Source: a virus (taxonomy: Duplodnaviria > Caudoviricetes). From it: 50,439 nt of DNA. The notes beneath the pieces are model-generated. The model had not been told where the DNA came from. It worked only from the letters and a program-made list of their open reading frames with translations, and searched no databases. Below, piece after piece: positions 1-7,636 of this stretch. The stretch's first letter is position 1, and each line of letters starts with the position of its first letter. The translations under genes were made by a program, and so were the position numbers. The DNA lies in the IMG/VR virus record IMGVR_UViG_3300028025_001146, positions 1 through 50,439 of that record; one strand, written 5' to 3'.

Positions 1-57
1 CGGCTCCGGGCCGACGTCATGCAGACAGATACACCTTAACCGCATGAGGAAAAAATC

Positions 58-576
58 ATGGCAAATACCACATTCAACGGCCCAGTTCGCTCCGAGAACG
101 GCTTTCAAGACATCACCGTTAACGCCACCACTGGCGCTGTTACCGTGGACGCCACCTTTGGCGCAACCACAAGCGTGACCAACCTGACAACCACCAATCT
201 GGTTTTTACCGATCAGAACCACCCTTCGACTGCCGCAATCAACGCCACCGCAACCGCCACTGCGGCTGAAGTTGCAACCGGCTACATCACTTCCACCTCG
301 GCCTCTCCGACCACCATCACGCTGCCCACCGGCACGTTGCTGGGCGCGGCTATTGGTGCGGCTAGGGGCACTGTGCTGGACCTGTACATCGACAACACCG
401 CCGGTGCGAGCACCGTGACAATTGCTGTTGCCACCAACGGTATTTTGTCTAGTGCTGCCGCTGACACCCCCGGTAGCTTTGGTGACCTGACCATTGCTTC
501 CGGTGTCACCGGTCTGGCACGATTCACCATCATGTTCTCCAGCGCCACCGCATACGTGTTCACACGCACTGCCTAA
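58..576 (+). CDS. Thr/Ala-rich virion structural protein (possible capsid decoration/fibre)
   Basis: 172-aa ORF, SD GAGGA upstream, beta-rich T/A/G composition, start of structural module. Confidence 0.6.
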   Translation: MANTTFNGPVRSENGFQDITVNATTGAVTVDATFGATTSVTNLTTTNLVFTDQNHPSTAAINATATATAAEVATGYITSTSASPTTITLPTGTLLGAAIGAARGTVLDLYIDNTAGASTVTIAVATNGILSSAAADTPGSFGDLTIASGVTGLARFTIMFSSATAYVFTRTA

Positions 577-583
577 TTGATCT

Positions 584-601
584 CGGGGGCTTTGGCCCCC
601 G
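584..601 (+). terminator. GC-rich hairpin, possible weak terminator
   Basis: CGGGGGC-TTTG-GCCCCCG just after the stop at 576; U-tract poor. Confidence 0.4.
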
Positions 602-626
602 GTTCTAACCTTTAAAGAGATTAATC

Positions 627-917
627 ATGGCGATGCAATACGACGTTAAAGCAACCCATAGAAACTCCTCGGGGTCTATTTTTGGCGCCCGGGCGCGTAT
701 CAAGGGGTTTTCTATCTGTGCGACTGCCAGCTTGGCTGGTACGTTGTTGCTGAAGGACGGCGGTTCCGGCGGGACCACGGTGATTGAAATTGATATCCCA
801 TCCAACTCCAACCCAAACTCCTTCTACGTATCAGTTCCTGGGGAAGGTGTGCTTTGCACTACAAACATCTACGCATCGCTGACGAACATCGCCAGCGTCA
901 CGGTGTTCTATGGCTAA
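627..917 (+). CDS. hypothetical virion protein
   Basis: 96-aa ORF, co-oriented, overlaps next gene. Confidence 0.65.
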   Translation: MAMQYDVKATHRNSSGSIFGARARIKGFSICATASLAGTLLLKDGGSGGTTVIEIDIPSNSNPNSFYVSVPGEGVLCTTNIYASLTNIASVTVFYG

Positions 918-1164
918 GACCGCAGCATGGACTCGCAAGGAAGGCAAGAACCCCAAAGGTGGTCTGAACGCCAAGGGACGAGCCTCTTACAACGCAGCCA
1001 ATCCGGGCAAGCCCGGGTTGAAGGCCCCTCAACCAGAGGGCGGCAAACGCCGCGACTCTTTCTGTGCCCGGATGACTGGCATGAAGAAAAAGCTGACCTC
1101 GGAAAAGACCGCGAACGACCCCAATAGCCGGATCAACAAGAGCCTTCGGGCTTGGAAATGCTGA
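910..1164 (+). CDS. small basic phage protein (DUF6321-like)
   Basis: K/R-rich 84 aa; KEGKNPKGGLN...SFCARM...W.C pattern recalled from phage proteins. Confidence 0.65.
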   Translation: MAKTAAWTRKEGKNPKGGLNAKGRASYNAANPGKPGLKAPQPEGGKRRDSFCARMTGMKKKLTSEKTANDPNSRINKSLRAWKC

Positions 1165-1165
1165 C

Positions 1166-1369
1166 ATGACTGAGAAAACAGAAACCGTTAAAAACGTGCT
1201 GGATTTCGTGGCCGTGTTCACGGCGATTGGCTCGTTCTTGCAGATTCTTACCCCGGTGTTTGGTCTGATCGGCGCTATCGTGGGTGTCATGCGCATCTAC
1301 GAGATGGCGACCGGCAAAGATTTTTCTACGCTTTGGCGCAAGAAAGCAGAAGATGCCGAGCACAAGTAA
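1166..1369 (+). CDS. small membrane protein (holin-like)
   Basis: 67 aa, long hydrophobic stretch (about 2 TM) and charged C-terminus. Confidence 0.6.
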   Translation: MTEKTETVKNVLDFVAVFTAIGSFLQILTPVFGLIGAIVGVMRIYEMATGKDFSTLWRKKAEDAEHK

Positions 1370-1706
1370 GAAGCAGCACAACTTCATGGCGGCGGTGGCA
1401 AAAAACCCCGCATTCGCCAAAAAAGTTGGGGTCCCCGCGAGCGTGGGGAAAGAGTTTCTCAACGCGGACAAGGGCCGCAAATTTGCAAAAGGTGGTGACA
1501 CTATGGCTTCCAAAATGAATGCGGGCTTTATGGCGATGATGGCTAAGAAAAAAGCCGGAGCTAAACCTGCCATGAAGATGGCTTCTGGCGGCATGACCAA
1601 GATGGGCGCTGTGAAGACCGCTGCCCCCAGCAAAGACGGTATCGCGTCCAAAGGCAAAACCAAGGGCGCGATGGTCAAGATGATGCGCGGCGGCAAAGCC
1701 TGCTAA
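1353..1706 (+). CDS. small basic K/M/G-rich protein with xxGG motifs and a tag variant
   Basis: Likely start MPSTSKKQHNF at 1353, in frame with track ORF 1284; FAKGG, MASGG, DGIASKGKTKGAMV. Confidence 0.7.
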   Translation: MPSTSKKQHNFMAAVAKNPAFAKKVGVPASVGKEFLNADKGRKFAKGGDTMASKMNAGFMAMMAKKKAGAKPAMKMASGGMTKMGAVKTAAPSKDGIASKGKTKGAMVKMMRGGKAC

Positions 1707-1714
1707 GGACAACC

Positions 1715-1918
1715 ATGTACGACGAACTTCAAGCCAAGAAGAAGCCTCGGGGCCTCAAGGGCGGCGTCTATACGGAGGATTCTGGCCTCCCACCTCCACA
1801 GGACCCGGACGGCGGTTCCGCCCCGCGTAAGCCCAAGGCTATGGCCACGGGCGGTTCCGCTTCTAGCCGCGCTGATGGTTGTGCCCAGCGAGGCAAAACC
1901 AAAGGAAGGATGGTCTGA
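1715..1918 (+). CDS. small protein with C-terminal RADGCAQRGKTKGRMV tag
   Basis: SD AAGGA; conserved C-terminal peptide. Confidence 0.75.
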   Translation: MYDELQAKKKPRGLKGGVYTEDSGLPPPQDPDGGSAPRKPKAMATGGSASSRADGCAQRGKTKGRMV

Positions 1919-1920
1919 TC

Positions 1921-2172
1921 ATGGGCATCAAACTTGGAGATGTTTCTCCGCTTGTAGGCATGGTTACCGGTGAGGGTATGTTTGGTAAAGCCATGCGCGA
2001 TGGGTTTGGTGGCGTGATGTCTTCCGCAATTGCCCGTGACGCTTACGCTGAGAAAGAAGCAAAAAAGAACGGCGTCATGCCTTCTACCGCTGGTATGAAA
2101 AAAGGTGGTACCGCTTCTTCTCGCGCTGACGGTTGTGCCCAGCGGGGCAAGACGAAAGGTAGGATGGTGTAA
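1921..2172 (+). CDS. small protein with C-terminal RADGCAQRGKTKGRMV tag
   Basis: ATG at 1921 just after upstream stop; same tag. Confidence 0.75.
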   Translation: MGIKLGDVSPLVGMVTGEGMFGKAMRDGFGGVMSSAIARDAYAEKEAKKNGVMPSTAGMKKGGTASSRADGCAQRGKTKGRMV

Positions 2173-2528
2173 TGGCTAAAGGCAGGCGAGCTGCCGCGTT
2201 GGGCGCTCTGCTTGGGGCAGGCGCACTTGCAGCTAAACAGATTCCGTACTTGGGAAGAGTTGACCTCAACGCTGCTTCTAAAGAAGTGAACCCCGCGCCT
2301 GATCTTCGGATGGTTGACGACGAAGCGCGAACAGCCGCCCGCAAGCGAGTTTATGAAACTGATCCAGCCTTCCGCAACACGCTTAGGACTGAAGACTACC
2401 GACCAATCCTTTCAGGCACGGGCCTTCCTATTAGGACTGGTGGGATGAAAAGCGGCGGCAAGGTCACCGCTTCGCGTCGCGCTGATGGCATTGCTCAGCG
2501 GGGTAAAACCCGTGGAAAGATGGTGTAA
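2172..2528 (+). CDS. small protein with C-terminal RADGIAQRGKTRGKMV tag
   Basis: TAATG overlap; tag variant; hydrophobic N-terminal segment. Confidence 0.75.
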   Translation: MAKGRRAAALGALLGAGALAAKQIPYLGRVDLNAASKEVNPAPDLRMVDDEARTAARKRVYETDPAFRNTLRTEDYRPILSGTGLPIRTGGMKSGGKVTASRRADGIAQRGKTRGKMV

Positions 2529-2530
2529 CC

Positions 2531-2806
2531 ATGATGGCCAGTCGCGGTATGGGCGCTATCGCCCCCAGCAAGATGCCCAAGGGAGTCCGTAAATCTCGGA
2601 GAGACGACACGGATTTCACGGAATATGCTGAGGGTGGCAAAGTCAACGCGGCTGGGAATTACACCAAGCCCGGTATGCGCAAGTCGCTGTTTGAGTCCAT
2701 CAAGTCTCAGGCGGTACAGGGTACTGGGGCGGGGCAGTGGAGCGCGAGAAAAGCGCAGCTTTTGGCTAAGAAGTACAAGGCCAAAGGCGGGGGTTACCGA
2801 GATTGA
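2531..2806 (+). CDS. small basic protein (YAEGG motif, GQWSARKAQLLA domain)
   Basis: 91-aa ORF tightly packed in the operon. Confidence 0.7.
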   Translation: MMASRGMGAIAPSKMPKGVRKSRRDDTDFTEYAEGGKVNAAGNYTKPGMRKSLFESIKSQAVQGTGAGQWSARKAQLLAKKYKAKGGGYRD

Positions 2807-3036
2807 AAGCGCCGCAGCAATCGCTCAAGGACTGGACCGCGCAAAAGTGGAGGACTAAAAGTGGCAAACGCTCTTCTGACACGGGTGAACGGTATCTTCC
2901 AGAGGCTGCGATCAAAGGTCTCAGCTCTGCTGAGTACGCTGCGACAACGCGCGCGAAACGCGCTGGCAAAGCCTCCGGAAAGCAATTCGTGAAACAGCCA
3001 CCTAAAGTGGCAGCTAAGACCGCAAAATATCGCTAG
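2803..3036 (+). CDS. small basic protein (DUF5872-like)
   Basis: TTG start overlapping upstream TGA; QSLKDWT.QKWRTKSG...ERYLP pattern. Confidence 0.65.
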   Translation: MKAPQQSLKDWTAQKWRTKSGKRSSDTGERYLPEAAIKGLSSAEYAATTRAKRAGKASGKQFVKQPPKVAAKTAKYR

Positions 3037-3055
3037 TAAAACCCAAGGAAACAAC

Positions 3056-3253
3056 ATGAACCTCGATACCGTTTTGATGTGCGCCCAAATGGCTGCTGCC
3101 CAGCAATTGGCTGGCCTGGGGCAAGTCAATCCCGCTATTCTCGACTTGATTGATGATCTGACCATCCCAATGGAAAAAGTTTCAGTGGTCATTGAGTCGG
3201 CAGTAGTCGAAGAAGCTCCGGCGGCAGCAGAAGAAACCCCCGCCGCTGAGTAA
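3056..3253 (+). CDS. small acidic hypothetical protein
   Basis: SD AAGGA; 65 aa with E/A/P-rich tail. Confidence 0.6.
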   Translation: MNLDTVLMCAQMAAAQQLAGLGQVNPAILDLIDDLTIPMEKVSVVIESAVVEEAPAAAEETPAAE

Positions 3254-3255
3254 TC

Positions 3256-4194
3256 ATGGCAAACACCTCCGGCGCATCTGCATTCAACCTTGACCTAGCA
3301 GAGCTAGTCGAGGAGGCGTTTGAGCGAGCTGGTTCCGAGATGCGTACAGGTTACGACCTGAGAACGGCTCGCCGCTCGCTCAACATCATGTTTGCAGATT
3401 GGGCCAATAGAGGCGTTAACCTGTGGACGATTGAGCAGGGCGTTATCCCGCTGGTGCAGGGGCAGAACACTTATGCTCTTCCAAATGACACGGTGGACCT
3501 GCTGGAGCATGTGATTCGCACGGGCGCTAACGTCGCTGCTACCCAAGCAGATCTGACCATTACCCGGATCAGTGTCTCGACCTACGCCACAATCCCCAAT
3601 AAGATCAATCAGGCTCGCCCCATTCAGGTCTGGGTGCAGCGGTATAACGGCCAACAAAGCCCAACCGGCTTGACAATCAGCCAAGTCGGGGGCATGTCCT
3701 CGTCTGCTACGCAGGTCACCCTAAATTCGGTTGTGGATCTTCCGGCAACCGGGTTTGTGAAGATTGACAACGAGATCATCAACTACGGATACATCTCAGG
3801 GAATACCCTGTATAACTGTTTCCGTGGACAGCAGAATACGACAGCAGCATCTCATAGCAATGGCGCTACCGTGTATTGGTCGCAGGTTCCGGCTATCACT
3901 GTGTGGCCCACGCCCGACAATGCGCAGCAGTATCAATTCGTGTATTGGCGTCTGCGCCGTACGCAGGACGCTGGCGGTGGCGTCAATGTGATGGATGTGC
4001 CGTTCCGATTTATCCCATGCATGGCTGCTGGGCTAGCATACTACCTTGCTGGAAAAGTTCCCAACGGTATGGAGCGCATTGGCTTGCTCAAACAGCAGTA
4101 TGACGAGGCTTGGCAGCTTGCCTCTGATGAAGACCGGGAAAAGGCGGCAATTCGGTTTGTTCCGCGTGTTTCGCCAATCGGGTCTAGATTCTAA
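3256..4194 (+). CDS. head-tail adaptor/tail tubular-like protein with an inserted beta domain
   Basis: EEAFERAG, ARRSLN, WPTPD and VPFRF motifs typical of podovirus adaptors; position. Confidence 0.65.
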   Translation: MANTSGASAFNLDLAELVEEAFERAGSEMRTGYDLRTARRSLNIMFADWANRGVNLWTIEQGVIPLVQGQNTYALPNDTVDLLEHVIRTGANVAATQADLTITRISVSTYATIPNKINQARPIQVWVQRYNGQQSPTGLTISQVGGMSSSATQVTLNSVVDLPATGFVKIDNEIINYGYISGNTLYNCFRGQQNTTAASHSNGATVYWSQVPAITVWPTPDNAQQYQFVYWRLRRTQDAGGGVNVMDVPFRFIPCMAAGLAYYLAGKVPNGMERIGLLKQQYDEAWQLASDEDREKAAIRFVPRVSPIGSRF

Positions 4195-4583
4195 TGAGCA
4201 ACAAGTTTGCGTCCGGTAAGAATTCAATTGCGGAATGCGACCGCTGTGGGCAGCGCTATAAGCTCAAAATCTTGAAGCGTGAGATTATCAAGACCAAGAT
4301 CTACGATTTGCTGGTTTGCCCTGAGTGCTGGGACCCCGATCATCCGCAGTTGCAATTGGGCATGTACCCGGTGAGTGACCCCATAGCGGTGCGTAATCCT
4401 CGGCCAGACCGCAGTTATGTTATTTCTGGGCCAGCGGCTGACGGATACCTAAGCGGCGGCAGCAGGGTGATTCAGTGGGGCTGGAACCCGGTTGGAGGAT
4501 CACAGCAATTTGACGCGGCACTAACACCAAACAACTTGGTTTTAGTGGTGCAACTTGGTACAGTTACGGTAGCAACGACGTAA
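4194..4583 (+). CDS. zinc-finger protein (CDRC...CPEC)
   Basis: two CxxC pairs; TAATG overlap. Confidence 0.7.
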   Translation: MSNKFASGKNSIAECDRCGQRYKLKILKREIIKTKIYDLLVCPECWDPDHPQLQLGMYPVSDPIAVRNPRPDRSYVISGPAADGYLSGGSRVIQWGWNPVGGSQQFDAALTPNNLVLVVQLGTVTVATT

Positions 4584-4593
4584 GGAGTCGATC

Positions 4594-4770
4594 ATGGACA
4601 AGAAGCAAGTCAAGGCAATTGCCGACACCGAGGTGAAGGCTCACGAAAAGCGTTTGCACCCCGGTGTCAAGAAGATGAAGGCCGGAGGCAAGACCAACGC
4701 CGACATGCGCACGTATGGGCGCGGCATGGCTAAGGTCATGAACCAACGCAGCTCTGTTCGTGGAGGTTGA
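4594..4770 (+). CDS. small basic protein (58 aa, not in ORF track)
   Basis: SD TAAGGAG at 4581; MDKKQVKAIAD...KMKAGGKT...SVRGG*. Confidence 0.7.
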   Translation: MDKKQVKAIADTEVKAHEKRLHPGVKKMKAGGKTNADMRTYGRGMAKVMNQRSSVRGG

Positions 4771-4771
4771 A

Positions 4772-5044
4772 ATGGCCAAGTTCAGCAAAAAGATGATGGG
4801 CAAGGAAGTTGGCCAGGCCAAAGTCTATGCCCCGCCGCACACCATGACCGGCAAGCCGGTTTCTGGGCAAACGCCCAAGGCGCCTTATGCCACTGGAAAA
4901 GCGGCTAAAGATGTCGGGTTGAGTGACCCGATTCCCAACGGCGTTTCCTACGGCCAATCTGGCGAACCCAAAACCACTGGCATCAAGATTCGTGGCACTG
5001 GTGCGGCTACCAAAGGTTTGATGGCTAGAGGGCCTCTTGCGTAA
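4772..5044 (+). CDS. small basic protein with C-terminal RGTGAATKG motif
   Basis: SD GGAGG; ATG at 4772. Confidence 0.7.
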   Translation: MAKFSKKMMGKEVGQAKVYAPPHTMTGKPVSGQTPKAPYATGKAAKDVGLSDPIPNGVSYGQSGEPKTTGIKIRGTGAATKGLMARGPLA

Positions 5045-5046
5045 CC

Positions 5047-5718
5047 ATGAACACGCCCGTTGCGATCTACAAAATACAGAATGCCATCAACGGCAAGCTG
5101 TACATTGGCCAGACCGTCAACCCTGAGAGGCGGGCAAAGAGACATTTTTGGAAGAACAACGGGTGCGTCAAGTTGAAAAATGCGGTGGAATTCTACGGGC
5201 GTGATGCGTTTGTTTTCTCTGTACTTTGCTGGTGCGAAGACAAAGCAGATGCCAATGAGGTAGAAACGCTTTTAATCGCCCTAGCTGATGCCCGTGCAAA
5301 CGGGTACAACATAGCCCCCGGAGGGTACGGAACGGGCGCTGGTATGGATAACCCGTTTTTTGGTAGGCGTCATAGCTCTGAACTTAAAGAACGTCTTTCT
5401 TTGGCGCGGATTGGCGCTTCGATGCCCAAAGAAACGCGGGAGAAAATTGCCGCCGCCAACAGGAAACGTACAATGACAGAGGCTACCAAGGACAAGCTGA
5501 GGGCACGCCCAAAGTCAGAACTGTGTAGCGCACAAACCGCAGAGGCAAACAGCAGGCGTATTTGGACGGCTGAATCTCGCGAGAAACTTGCGGCACACAA
5601 TAGAGGCAAGAAGATGTCCGAAGAGGCAAGGGCAAAAATTGCGGAGGCAAATCGCCAGAGAGTGTGGTCTGCGGAGTCACGCGCAAGGCTATCTGTTGCT
5701 AGGGTGAAAACGACATGA
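5047..5718 (+). CDS. GIY-YIG homing endonuclease with NUMOD3-like repeats
   Basis: AIYKI...LYIGQT; GYNI; NPFFGRRHS; repeated S/TEE(T/S/A)R.K units. Confidence 0.9.
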   Translation: MNTPVAIYKIQNAINGKLYIGQTVNPERRAKRHFWKNNGCVKLKNAVEFYGRDAFVFSVLCWCEDKADANEVETLLIALADARANGYNIAPGGYGTGAGMDNPFFGRRHSSELKERLSLARIGASMPKETREKIAAANRKRTMTEATKDKLRARPKSELCSAQTAEANSRRIWTAESREKLAAHNRGKKMSEEARAKIAEANRQRVWSAESRARLSVARVKTT

Positions 5719-6419
5719 ACTACACCCAGTTGACCGCTGCAATCTGCGACTACACGCAGAGCTTTGAATCGGACTTTGTTGCAAACATCCCGGTGTTTGT
5801 GAAGCAGGCCGAGCAGCGCATCTACAACACGGTGCAGTTTCCTTCGCTTCGCAAAAACGTGACGGGGTCTACGTCCTCTAGCAACAAGTATCTCTCCTGC
5901 CCTGGCGACTTCCTTGCCGCGTATTCGATGGCGGTAATTGATGCGTCGGGCAACTATGAGTACTTGCTCAACAAGGACGTGAACTTCATCCGTCAGGCAT
6001 ACCCCAACCCAACGACGGATGTTGGCATCCCCAAGTACTATGCGTTGTTCGGTCCTACGACCACGTCGGGTCCCACCCCTGTGCTGACGGACGAGTTGAG
6101 CTTCATCCTTGGCCCCACGCCTGATGCCGTTTATAGCGTCGAGCTGCACTACTTCTTCTATCCGGAGTCGATCACGGTTGCTGCGGACGGACAGACTTGG
6201 CTGGGTGATAACTTTGATACGGTGCTGCTTTACGGTTCGCTGGTGGAGGCATACACCTACTTGAAGGGCGAAACGGATTTGATGGCGCTGTATGACGGCA
6301 AATACAAGGAAGCTCTTGCATTGGCCAAGCGTCTGGGTGATGGTCTGGAGCGTAGCGATGCGTATCGCAGTGGGCAGGCGCGGCTTGCTCCGCTACCCCA
6401 GAATAACGGGGTCCAGTAA
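5715..6419 (+). CDS. phage head-tail adaptor/connector protein
   Basis: FVKQAEQRIY, PKYYA, GPTPD, LLYGSLVEA pattern; ATGA overlap. Confidence 0.7.
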   Translation: MNYTQLTAAICDYTQSFESDFVANIPVFVKQAEQRIYNTVQFPSLRKNVTGSTSSSNKYLSCPGDFLAAYSMAVIDASGNYEYLLNKDVNFIRQAYPNPTTDVGIPKYYALFGPTTTSGPTPVLTDELSFILGPTPDAVYSVELHYFFYPESITVAADGQTWLGDNFDTVLLYGSLVEAYTYLKGETDLMALYDGKYKEALALAKRLGDGLERSDAYRSGQARLAPLPQNNGVQ

Positions 6420-6841
6420 TGGCGTTTACGGGCAACTACTCCTGCAACACGCTGCGGTCTGGCCTCGCTAGCGGCACGATCAACTTTGCCTCGGATACCT
6501 TTTACTTGGCGTTGTACAACAACAATGCCACGCTGGATCAGACGACCACGGCCTACACTTCAATTGGCGAAGTCTCTGGGGGCGACTATATAGCGGGTGG
6601 TCAGGTGGTGACTGCAACGGTGGCTAGCCAAGCAACTTCTACCGGCAGCGTCACCTACATCAACTTTTCGGCACCAAGCTGGACTGGATCGTTTACCGCT
6701 CGGGGCGCTTTGATCTACAAACCGGGCGACAATGGCGCGGTCTGCGTTCTGGATTTTGGTTCAGACAAAACTTCAACTTCAACCTTCACCGTGCAGATGC
6801 CAGCTAACACCAGCACCTCTGCTTTGATCCGACTCGTTTAA
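6419..6841 (+). CDS. virion structural protein (tail associated)
   Basis: FYLALY, ARGALIY, VLDFGSDK; position. Confidence 0.65.
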   Translation: MAFTGNYSCNTLRSGLASGTINFASDTFYLALYNNNATLDQTTTAYTSIGEVSGGDYIAGGQVVTATVASQATSTGSVTYINFSAPSWTGSFTARGALIYKPGDNGAVCVLDFGSDKTSTSTFTVQMPANTSTSALIRLV

Positions 6842-6850
6842 GGAGCAACT

Positions 6851-7426
6851 ATGTCTCACGAAATTGCTAAAGCCTCTGATGCTGTTGCTGGCGGTCTGGT
6901 CGCTGGTACCCATCACACCGAAACTGCCAAGGCCACGGGCCGGTTTCGCATGGAATGCTACGACAAGGACGGCCTGCTCAAGTGGTCTGCCGAGTCGCAG
7001 AACCTCGTTGTGAACGTCGGCCTCCAGTACATGGCTGGCACGGCTCTGGTCGGCACCACCCAGATTCCCACTTGGTACATTGGTCTGTACGGCGCTGGCG
7101 CTTCTAACACCCCGGCGGCTGGCGACACCATGTCCTCCCACGCTGGCTGGACTGAGATCAACCCGTACTCTGGTTCGCGACCCACGGCCAACTTTGCTGC
7201 GGCGACCAACGCCAACCCGTCGGTGGTGACCAACAGCGCTAGCGTGGCTGCTTTTGGCATCACTTCCACTGCCACGGTCGGCGGCGCGTTCTTGACCAGC
7301 GGTAGTGCGGCTTTGGGCACTACTGGAACCCTGTTCTCTGCGGCTGACTTCCAGTCTCCCGGCGACCGCTCGGTTGTGTCTGGCGATACGCTGAACGTCA
7401 CCTACACCTTCTCGCTGGCTGGTTAA
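6851..7426 (+). CDS. virion structural protein (tail associated)
   Basis: SD AAGGAG; NLVVNVG, WYIGL, GDTLNVTY. Confidence 0.65.
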   Translation: MSHEIAKASDAVAGGLVAGTHHTETAKATGRFRMECYDKDGLLKWSAESQNLVVNVGLQYMAGTALVGTTQIPTWYIGLYGAGASNTPAAGDTMSSHAGWTEINPYSGSRPTANFAAATNANPSVVTNSASVAAFGITSTATVGGAFLTSGSAALGTTGTLFSAADFQSPGDRSVVSGDTLNVTYTFSLAG

Positions 7427-7438
7427 TGAGGGCGCGGT

Positions 7439-7636
7439 ATGGTCAAGATCGACTTCGAGTTTGACTCCCAGTTTGGCGTCTTTCGGGATGCCATTCACTT
7501 GCCCGAGGATCACGGGCTGAGTGATGCTGAGATTCAGGCGATGAAACAGCAGCGCTTTGATAACTGGCTCGCCATCGTAAACGCCCCCTCCGAAGAACTG
7601 CCGCCTGTAGAATCGCCCCCTGAACAGGGGGTGTAA
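7439..7636 (+). CDS. small acidic protein upstream of the giant fibre (possible chaperone)
   Basis: 65 aa; SD GAGG; abuts the giant ORF. Confidence 0.6.
   Translation: MVKIDFEFDSQFGVFRDAIHLPEDHGLSDAEIQAMKQQRFDNWLAIVNAPSEELPPVESPPEQGV

Noticed and set aside
1841-2528. Repeated ~75-nt segments as a CRISPR array or DNA-level repeat
   Set aside because: Copies differ at synonymous positions, lie in frame at gene ends and have irregular spacing; no cas operon is present.
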